From: Acidobacteriota bacterium
Lineage (GTDB): Bacteria; Acidobacteriota; UBA6911; RPQK01; JAJDTT01
NCBI GenBank assembly: GCA_965263035.1
Contig: OZ253580.1
Span: 5,984,001-6,048,000, forward strand
Direction: 5' to 3'
DNA length: 64,000 nucleotides
Shown here: piece by piece, positions 1-8,480 of the stretch
Layout of the letters: each line of letters starts with the position of its first letter
Numbering within the stretch: the first letter of the stretch is position 1
Made by a program: the position numbers and the translations under genes
Notes under the pieces: generated by a model
What the model was told of the DNA's origin: nothing
What the model saw: the letters and a program-made list of their open reading frames with translations, nothing else
The model's database searches: none

Positions 1-68
1 GGCAACCTCGATTTGGAGGTCCACTTCTTGTCGCCGGCGGCTCCCGGCGAAGACCACAGGGATTCGAG

Positions 69-1286
69 TCACCGTAGCGGATTCTCGTACCAGACCACGT
101 TCTGGCTGAGCCTGCCGGCCACGAGCAGGTCCAGGTCGCCGTCCCCATCCAGATCCACGGCGCGAATGTCGTAGGACTCCTGATCCCGATCCAGGACATG
201 GATCCGGAACCGGCCCGCACCGTCGTTTTCGTACCAGGCGGCCATTTTGGAGCCGAAGGCGCAGGTCGCCGCATCCATGTCCCCGTCCCCATCCAGGTCG
301 GCCACGGTCAAGGCGTGAGGTTCCCGGATCTCGGGATGGATGTCATGGACCTTCCAGTGGGGAGCTTCGAACCAGATCACACCCTGGGCATGCCCCCGAG
401 AAGCCACGAAATCGACCCGGCCGTCTCCGTTGACGTCGGCCGGATGGATATTGGTGGCTCCGGGCTCGAGGCCTCCCAACCGGTGCCGTTTCCACACCGC
501 TTCCGGATCTTTCGGGGCTTCCCACCAGGCGAACCAGTTTCCCAGACCCGTCGTATCGGAAGGACCTCCCTTGGCGGCCGAGGCGATATCGGGTCGTCCG
601 TCTCCGTTGACATCTCCGAATCCCAGGTAGTGACTGAGTCCCGGCGCGTCCCGGTGGGCGAACACGAAACGATGCCAGAAAGCGGCCTGCTTCGGATTTT
701 CCGGAACCCGGTACCAGACCAGGGAATCGCGGAACGGCCCCATGGGCTGGGCGCTGGTGGCCAACAGGTCCAGGCGCCCGTCCCGATCCACGTCACCGGT
801 GAGGAGCCCATGAATGCCGTCGACCTGATCGTCGACCAGCCGCTCCTTCCAGGCATCGGTCTCGGGGTTCTCAGGCTGCTCCAACCAGGTGATCAGGCCC
901 GGCTTGTAGCGGGCTCCGACCCAGTCCAGGTCACCGTCGCCGTCCACGTCCAAGGCCTCGCTGTGGATGAAGTTCCTCTCGTCCTCCGGCCCCAGAAGGA
1001 TCTCCTTCCAATCGGGAGCCACCAGCAGGCGGGTCCGCCCGTCGCTGTTGGCGATGACGTCGGGTAGACCGTCTCCCGTGAAATCGCCGCCCACGGCGGT
1101 GTAGGCGTTGGCGCCGGAATAGACCTGATGCTTGCGCCATTTCCCTTTTTCGCCGGCAGTTCCCGAAACCGGATCCACAAACAGGGAAAGCCCCACCATC
1201 ACGGCCACCGCGGGAAGGAAACGGAAGCAACTGAGTCTCGACGTCTCCTTCAAAAAAGCTTGGTCTGGTTGAATCGACTGCATCAT
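69..1286 (-). CDS. FG-GAP/VCBS repeat beta-propeller protein, secreted
   Basis: About 7 repeats of (A/G)DxDGDGxxD plus WYEN/WWE motifs; hydrophobic signal-like segment near the N-terminus. Confidence 0.85.
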   Translation of the reverse strand: MMQSIQPDQAFLKETSRLSCFRFLPAVAVMVGLSLFVDPVSGTAGEKGKWRKHQVYSGANAYTAVGGDFTGDGLPDVIANSDGRTRLLVAPDWKEILLGPEDERNFIHSEALDVDGDGDLDWVGARYKPGLITWLEQPENPETDAWKERLVDDQVDGIHGLLTGDVDRDGRLDLLATSAQPMGPFRDSLVWYRVPENPKQAAFWHRFVFAHRDAPGLSHYLGFGDVNGDGRPDIASAAKGGPSDTTGLGNWFAWWEAPKDPEAVWKRHRLGGLEPGATNIHPADVNGDGRVDFVASRGHAQGVIWFEAPHWKVHDIHPEIREPHALTVADLDGDGDMDAATCAFGSKMAAWYENDGAGRFRIHVLDRDQESYDIRAVDLDGDGDLDLLVAGRLSQNVVWYENPLR

Positions 1287-1449
1287 TCCTCCTGCGAAAA
1301 CCGGAACCGCCGAACGCCTTGACCGGAAGGATTCGCCTGCCGTGCCGGCTGAAGACTTCTCCGGACGGACGTGAGTCTATTCGGAGCCATGGTAGGGGTT
1401 CAAGATCCGCGTCCCGTGTCGCTGCGACCAGACGGTATACTCTCTGGCC

Positions 1450-3642
1450 ATGCACTGGGGCATGGCCTGGGCCCTGATCCTGCTCTTACCGTGCCCGGCT
1501 CTGAGGGCCTTGGAGGGAAGACTTCTCTTCCCCGACGGGACCCCGGTGGCAGGGGCCCAGGTCACGATCCTGGAACATCCCGGTCAGAGCCGAACCGACC
1601 GGGAGGGGAGATTCCGCTGGTCTCCCGACCCTCCCGTGCCCTTCGAAGTGCGAGTCGAACTCCCCGGCGGACACGACACCTTGCACATCGTCGTGCGGGA
1701 GGCGGTCCCGGAAGGGACTCTCGAGATGGTGGTCCGGCCGTTGTTCCGAGAGGACCTGACGGTCACGGCCGGAGTCCCGATACGCACCGGGACCACGCCG
1801 GCCAACGCCTTGGACCTGGTGACTCAGGAGGAGTTGGCTCAGAGCCGGCCCTCCCGGCTGATCGATGCGATCGAGGGAATCCCGGGCGTGGGCCGGATCT
1901 CGGCGGGTCACGCCGGCGTGCCCTCCATTCGGGGCCTGGCGCGGGGCCGGACGTTGATTCTCCTGAACGGCTCCAGGGTCATCTCGGAAAGGAGAGTCGG
2001 ACCCGGCGCGTCGTATCTGGATCCCTTCTTCCTGGACCGGGTCGAAGTCGTTCGGGGCCCGGGGTCCGTCGCCTACGGGTCCGACGCCTTCGGCGGTGTC
2101 ATTCACGCCCTGACCCGGAAACCGGACCCGGAATCTGATTACGGAGCACGATTCCTGGGAAGTCTCGGTTACGGCATGCCCGAGCAGAGCGCCGGTCTGG
2201 AGTTGAGCCGAAGTCTGGAATCGGGATCCGTCTTCTTCCTGGGAAGTCTCAGGAACTACGGCGACTACCGGAGTTCCGGAGTCACGGTGGACAATTCGTC
2301 CGCCCGCAACCGCTCGTTCCTGACGGGCGCCCAGTTTCAGTCCGGGGCAGGAGAACTCTCCCTTGGATGGCAGACGGACCGGGGTCACGATCTGGGCCGG
2401 CCCACCTTGCGCTCGCCCCAGATGCGAACCTTCTACCCGGACGAGAGCTCCGACCGAATGAACCTCGCCTTCGAGCCGCGGCCCGTTGCCGGCTTCGACC
2501 GGATCCGGATCGAGGGGTCGATGGGCCGATATGCCTTGATCACGGACCGGGAACGGCTCCCGTCTCCGGACCAGGAGCGTGAACTACAGAGGTCCCGAGT
2601 CTCGGCCCGTCACTTCGATCTGCGGGTGCAAGCCGTCTCCCCACTGGAGTGGACCCGGCTGGAGGTGGGGTTCGACGTCAATGGCCGCTTCGGACTCCAC
2701 TCCGAGAATACGACCCGCGACTTCGATGCCGGGAATCGCCCCACCGGCACCCATGTCGCCGCTTCCATCGAGGATGCGAGCCGCATCGTTCTGGCTCCCT
2801 TCCTTTCCGCGGAGGTGGCGGTCAACTCCTTTCTGTCCTTTTGGGCAGGCGGCCGCTGGGATCAGGTCTCCAGTACCAGCCGAGGATCTCTGGGAGACTT
2901 CAACAGGATCGGGCGGGCGCTCTCCGGCTACCTGGCAATCGTCGCACGTCCCCTGCCCCCGCTCCAGCTCACGGCCCAGCTCTCCCGGGGCTTCCGGGAA
3001 CCCACCCTTTCGGACCGCTATTTCCAGGGAGTCAGCGGCCGTGGCCTGGTTCACGGCAACCCCAACCTGGCGCCGGAAACCAGCCGGCAGTGGGACGTTT
3101 CGGCCCGCTGGTCCGGAAACGACTGGCGCTGGGACCTGTTCCTCTACCGGTACGAAATCCGCCAGTTGGTGGAGCGCTTCGAAGCCCAACCTGGCAGGTT
3201 CTTCTTTCGCAACCGCGGAGCGGCCCTCTTGAGTGGAGTGGAAATGGAGCTGCACCGCCAATTCGGAGAGGGGCTGTCCGTGGGGCTGGGAGGACACGTT
3301 GCCAGGGGCCGGACCCAAGAAGACGGGAACCCGCTGGACGACGTCCCCGCCCCCGCGCTCACGCTGATCGTCGGAAAAACTCTGGGTTCGCGAAGCCATT
3401 TCCGGCTCCATGGCCGAACCTTCGCCCGGGACTCGAGAGCCGGCCCCACAGAGACGCCCACCCCGGGTTTCGGCACCCTGGATCTCTCCTGGAGCTGGCT
3501 GTTGGACTCACGGACCCAGCTCCGGTTCCGGGTCAGGAACCTCACCGGCAAGGACTACCCGGCCAGCCCCGACCGCTGGTCGGTACCGGCTCCGGGACGC
3601 AGCCTGCTTCTGACCCTGATGTACAACCTCAATAATCGTTAA
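1450..3642 (+). CDS. TonB-dependent outer-membrane receptor
   Basis: Signal peptide, carboxypeptidase-regulatory-like N-domain (GTPVAGAQV...TDREGRF), plug motifs (SIRG, DRVEVVRGPGSVAYGSDAFGGVI), GFREPT...GNPNLAPE, C-terminal NLTGKDY...PGR. Confidence 0.93.
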   Translation: MHWGMAWALILLLPCPALRALEGRLLFPDGTPVAGAQVTILEHPGQSRTDREGRFRWSPDPPVPFEVRVELPGGHDTLHIVVREAVPEGTLEMVVRPLFREDLTVTAGVPIRTGTTPANALDLVTQEELAQSRPSRLIDAIEGIPGVGRISAGHAGVPSIRGLARGRTLILLNGSRVISERRVGPGASYLDPFFLDRVEVVRGPGSVAYGSDAFGGVIHALTRKPDPESDYGARFLGSLGYGMPEQSAGLELSRSLESGSVFFLGSLRNYGDYRSSGVTVDNSSARNRSFLTGAQFQSGAGELSLGWQTDRGHDLGRPTLRSPQMRTFYPDESSDRMNLAFEPRPVAGFDRIRIEGSMGRYALITDRERLPSPDQERELQRSRVSARHFDLRVQAVSPLEWTRLEVGFDVNGRFGLHSENTTRDFDAGNRPTGTHVAASIEDASRIVLAPFLSAEVAVNSFLSFWAGGRWDQVSSTSRGSLGDFNRIGRALSGYLAIVARPLPPLQLTAQLSRGFREPTLSDRYFQGVSGRGLVHGNPNLAPETSRQWDVSARWSGNDWRWDLFLYRYEIRQLVERFEAQPGRFFFRNRGAALLSGVEMELHRQFGEGLSVGLGGHVARGRTQEDGNPLDDVPAPALTLIVGKTLGSRSHFRLHGRTFARDSRAGPTETPTPGFGTLDLSWSWLLDSRTQLRFRVRNLTGKDYPASPDRWSVPAPGRSLLLTLMYNLNNR

Positions 3643-3707
3643 ACAAATATATATAATTAAAGGAAATTTGTTGGATACATATTTTTATACCGACTCCCGG
3701 CACCCGC

Positions 3708-3825
3708 GTAGGGGCGACCCTTGTGTGTGTGATCGCCCTTCCCTGTCGTTTCGTCGGGATGCGAATCCAATCGGATGCCGTGATGAATATCAAACCAGCG
3801 TAGGGGCGGCCCTTGTGGCCGCCCT
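3708..3825 (+). repeat. Pair of GTAG-type REP-like palindromes
   Basis: GTAGGGGCGACCCTTGTGTGTGTGATCGCCCT (3708-3739) and GTAGGGGCGGCCCTTGTGGCCGCCCT (3800-3825): GTAG foot plus GC-rich hairpin, intergenic. Confidence 0.75.
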
Positions 3826-3889
3826 TCCCCCGCCTTCCACCGGTTGTCGGGCTTGGAAAAGAGGATAATCGCAAAAGAGAGGAACCCCA

Positions 3890-4828
3890 ATGGCTGTCGA
3901 TTCCATGAATCTCCGCGAAATGGCGCTCGAGGACCGGTCGGAAGTGGCCGAGCTCATCTACGCATCCATCAACGCCTGGTACGGCCTTCGAGGCTTGGGC
4001 CAGCCCTTTCAGGGGTCGCCCAAGGTCACGGAGATCTTCCATGAGGTCTATTCGGCGACGGGTTCCAGCCGCTGCGTGGTGGCGGAAAACGCCCGCACGG
4101 GGCGTCTCATGGGCTCCTGCTTCTACCATCCCCGAAAGACCCACGTAGGACTGGGCATCATGACCGTCCATCCCAACTACTTCGGTTTCGGCGCCGGGAG
4201 CAGACTGCTGGAGTACATCTGCCGCTTCACCGACGGGAACGGGTACCAGGCCCTGCGCCTGACCCAGAGCGCCCTGAACCTGGACTCCTTCTCGCTCTAC
4301 AACCGATACGGCTTCGTCCCTCGCCAGGCTTACCAGGACATGATCCTTCAGGTGCCCGAGTCAGGCTTGGATCACGAAGTGTCAGGACTCGACCGGGTCC
4401 GGGACGCCACTCTGGACGACGTTCCGGCGATGGCGGCTCTGGAAATGGCGGTGAGCGGAGTGAGCCGGGAGGAGGACTATCGGCTCTGCATCAAGAACGA
4501 ACTGGGTTTCTGGTCGGTCTCGGTCTACGAGGGGGCCGGCGGAAACATCGAAGGGTTTCTGGCTTCGTCGTCGCACCCGGCCTTCAACATGCTCGGGCCG
4601 GGCGTGATTCGAACGGAGCAGCAAGCCGCGGCCCTGGTCCACACGGAACTGGACCGTCACCGCGGCCGCACGCCCGTCTTCCTGGTTCCGGTCGACCGCT
4701 ACGGCCTCGTCCGTCAGATGTACGACTGGGGCGCCCGGAATTGCGAGCTCCACTTCTGCCAAGTGCGTGGCCGGTACCAGCCCTATCAGGGCATCAACAT
4801 GCCGACGTTTCTACTGGAAACCGCCTGA
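3890..4828 (+). CDS. GNAT family N-acetyltransferase
   Basis: Motif A-like VHPNYFGFGAGSRLL and SLYNRYGF; RBS GAGAGG upstream. Confidence 0.85.
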   Translation: MAVDSMNLREMALEDRSEVAELIYASINAWYGLRGLGQPFQGSPKVTEIFHEVYSATGSSRCVVAENARTGRLMGSCFYHPRKTHVGLGIMTVHPNYFGFGAGSRLLEYICRFTDGNGYQALRLTQSALNLDSFSLYNRYGFVPRQAYQDMILQVPESGLDHEVSGLDRVRDATLDDVPAMAALEMAVSGVSREEDYRLCIKNELGFWSVSVYEGAGGNIEGFLASSSHPAFNMLGPGVIRTEQQAAALVHTELDRHRGRTPVFLVPVDRYGLVRQMYDWGARNCELHFCQVRGRYQPYQGINMPTFLLETA

Positions 4829-4884
4829 TCCGGAGTGACCGGCGAGTTGGAAGAGAGACCTACTGGCGATCTGGCTCGCACCGT

Positions 4885-5115
4885 CCGCCGGTGCAGGTCG
4901 CTTGAGTCACCAACTCCCATAGTTGTTTCTTGTCCTGGATTTTTCCTTAGATGTACTCTCGGATTTCCATGCGGGCCTGCCGAATAGTGACGCACTCAGC
5001 GGACCCTGCGCCAACTCGTCTGATGCCGGACACAGAGCCAGCCTAAGATGGATTCTACGTCGCCAACTCCCCTGGTTTCAGTCCGGCATCGGAGCCCCTA
5101 TCTGAGTACCGGTCT
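4885..5115 (+). ncRNA. Candidate structured leader element upstream of LRR gene (copy 1)
   Basis: Homologous to 37870-38105. Stem TCTGATGCCGGAC (5019-5031) pairs with GTCCGGCATCGGA (5081-5093, one G-U) and covaries with copy 2. Confidence 0.5.
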
Positions 5116-5135
5116 TTGATGTCCATTGAGTACCC

Positions 5136-8100
5136 ATGAAGAAACGTTGTGGTGTGTGGATGGTGTGCTTGTTGTCGGCCGTAGTGGCCGGGACGGATCC
5201 AGCGGCGGGTGTCAAACGGGTGCAACACCAGGGCACCTCCGAGACGGTTCTGTACTTCCCCGACTACGTGGATGGTGGAGGTTGGGCGGTCCAACTGGTG
5301 CTGAGCAATATCGATCCAGACGAGGCCGCATCAGTTGAAGTTGAAGTCTTCGATCAGGAAGGCCGTTCGGTTTCGGGGTTCTTCGATTCGGAGACCACCC
5401 TTGAGATTCCGCCCCTGGGCAGTCGGGTCATGCATAGCACTGGCCAGGGAAGCATTCGGCGGGGTTGGATCCAGGTCCAGATCCAATCGGCCTCGGTCAG
5501 AGGATTGTTGACTTATCGGGACACCCAAACCGGGATCGAGGTCGGAGTCGAACCGGTCCCACTGAGTGATTCCTTTGCTCTTTTTGTCGAAGAAACGGGA
5601 GCGACCGGCACCGGTCTGGCCATTTTCAAGCCGGACGCTCCTTCTAAAATCGCATTTCAAATCTGGGACGAGGCAGGAAAGAACCCGATTGGAGGGGACC
5701 TCGTCTGGGGAGATTTCAAGCAACGGGCACGAACCATCCCGGAATGGTTCGAGGAGGTCGATCAAGAGTTCCTGGAAGACTTTCGAGGCCTCCTGTTTCT
5801 GGATGCCGAGGATGGTTCGCCGTTCGCGCCAATCGGGCTGCGGTTTGGGAAGACGGGGAATCATTCGCTCTCGGCAGTTCCCGCTATCCAGGAGCAGATG
5901 GAAGAACCGATGAAGACGACCCTGTACTTTCCCGACTACGTGGTTGGGGGAGGTTGGGCCGTCCAACTCGTGCTGAGCAATGTCGATCCGGACGAGGCAG
6001 CGTCGATAGTGGTTGAAGTCCATGATCAACAAGGGCATTCGGTTCCAGGGTTCTTCGATGCCGGGAACCGCCTCGAGATTCCGCCCCTGGGCAGCCAGGT
6101 CTGGTACAGCACCGGAGAGGCGAGCATTCGGCGGGGTTGGGTCCAGATCCAGAGCCAAACGGCCTCGGTCAGGGGATTGTTGACTTATCGGGACACCCAA
6201 ACCGGGATCGAGGTCGGAGTCGAACCGGTCCCACTGAGTGATTCCTTTGCTCTTTTTGTCGAAGAAACGGGAGCGATCGGCACCGGTCTGGCTATTTTCA
6301 AGCCCGACGCTCCTTCCGAGATCGAGTTTCAAATCCGAGACGAAGCCGGGGACGTCCCCATTGGAGGAGGCCTCGCCCGGGGGGATTTCAAGCAGCGCGC
6401 TCAAACCATTCCGGAATGGTTCGCGGGGATCGATCAAACCTTCCTGAGAGATCATCGAGGCCTTCTGCTGCTTCGAACCGAGGACGGTTCATCGTTCGCC
6501 CCGCTCGGGCTGCGGTTTGGGAAGCAGGGGAACCTTTCGCTCGCGGCAGTTCCGGCGATCCGAATCATGGACGAAGACGGGATCGAAGAAGAACCATCGC
6601 GTCCCCCAACGGTGACGATGACGGTTTCTTCGAATTCGATTGAATGGGGCCAGAGTGCAACGTTGAGCTGGTCTGCCACCGATGCGGTGAGCGCGACGAT
6701 CACGCCCGGAATTGGCGACGTACCGACGTCGGGTTCAATAAAGGTGTCTCCGACCAGCACGACTACCTACCGCATCACCGTGCTGGGAGCAGACGGCCCA
6801 ATGGATACGGCGAGGGCGTCGGCAAGGGTGACGGTAGTCATCTCAGAGCGGGCGGCGCTGGTGGCACTGAATCACGCGACTGGCGGTCTGAATTGGACTC
6901 TCAATGAGAACTGGCTGACTGACCGTCCCTTGAGGGAATGGTCTGGGGTCGATGTCGATGGCCAAGGGCGGGTGATCCGTCTAGACCTCGTCAACAATGG
7001 CCTGACCGGGACAATTCCTTCGGAACTGGGGTCGCTCACGAACCTGAGATCGCTGCATCTCGGCGCCAATGGACTGACTGGGTCGATACCAGCAGAGTTG
7101 GGCTCGCTCGCCAACCTGGAAACCCTGGAACTCGGCACAAATTTCTTGACCGGGTCGATTCCGGGGGGGCTGGGCTCACTCGCCAACTTGGAAATCCTGA
7201 ATCTATTCGGCAATCAACTTATGGGGCCGATTCCGGAGGAGTTGGGCTCGCTCGCCAACTTGGAAATCCTTTGGCTCTCCCAGAATCATTTGACTGGCCA
7301 GATCCCGGAGGAGCTGGGCTCACTCGCCAACTTGGATCGGCTCTTGATCTCCTACAATGACGTGGAAGGGCCAGTTCCCTCTTCCTTTCTCGACCTCGAC
7401 CTGGACCAATTCCGGTTCAATTCGAATGATCGTCTTTGCGTGCCCGGGACCTCCGCTTTCGTGCGGTGGTCGAAAGAGATATCCAATTTCCGAGGAGGGG
7501 CCTTTTGTAACGATGCCGACAGGGCGATCTTGGAGGTACTGCATGAGGTTACAGGTGGCTCGAGCTGGACGGATTCCGCCGGATGGCGAGGCGTTGACGC
7601 GGTGGGCGATTGGTACGGAGTAACTGTGGATTCTCTAGGCAGGGTCACATCGCTGAACCTGAGTGACAACGGACTCGACGGCCGGTTGCCAGGCAACTTG
7701 GCGCTGCTGTCCCGGTTGACCGAGTTGAGGATTGACGGCAATGCTCTGTCCGGCCGATTGCCGCTGTCCTTGTCTTCTCTCCGCTTGCTTAGGGAGTTCC
7801 GGTACGTGGACACCAATCTGTGTGTCCCGACCGGAGAATCGTTCAGCGCTTGGCTGGACACTATTCCGTTGCGCGAAGGAACGGGCGTGGAGTGTGCGCC
7901 TCCGTCGGAACGGGACATCGTCATGGCCCTATACGACGCAACGTACGGGCCAAACTGGACCAACAACGAGAACTGGCTGACCGACCGGCCCCTCGGGGAA
8001 TGGTTTGGGATCGAGGTCGATGATCAAGGACGAGTGATTCGTCTAAATCTATCCCGCAATCGCCTGAAGGGGCCGATCCCGAAGGAATTCGGATCACTCA

Positions 8101-8480
8101 CCAACCTGCAAGGTCTGCTTCTTCACGAGAATGGTCTGACGGGACCGATCCCAAAGGAACTCGGGTCGCTCACCAACCTCGAATCCCTTCTTCTCCTCAA
8201 CAATGATCTGACGGGACCGATCCCGCCGGAACTGGGTTCGCTCACGAACCTGCGCTCCTTATGGCTCCCACAAAATAATTTGACGGGGCCGATCCCAAAG
8301 GAACTCGGGTCACTCACCAACCTGGAAGGGTTACTTCTCGAAGTTAACGATCTGACGGGGCCGATCCCGCCGGATTTAGGCTTGCTCACCAATCTGGATA
8401 CTCTGTGGCTCGGCAGCAATAATCTGACGGGGCCGATCCCAGGAGAACTGGGCGCCCTCGCCAACCTCAGGACCCTAGGC
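5136..8480 (+). pseudogene. 5' part of giant secreted LRR-metalloprotease gene, interrupted by IS4
   Basis: Signal peptide; two 224-aa repeats (period 672 bp); Ig-like segment; three plant-type LRR blocks (LxLxxNxLTGxIPxELGxLxxL) with LRRNT caps. Frame is cut at the IS4 TSD. Confidence 0.9.

Noticed and set aside
8060-8470. Regular 72-bp repeats (CTGACGGGGCCGATCCC...) resembling a CRISPR array; also 38640-39400
   Set aside because: They are in-frame 24-aa LRR codons with third-position variation and similar 'spacers'; no cas genes.
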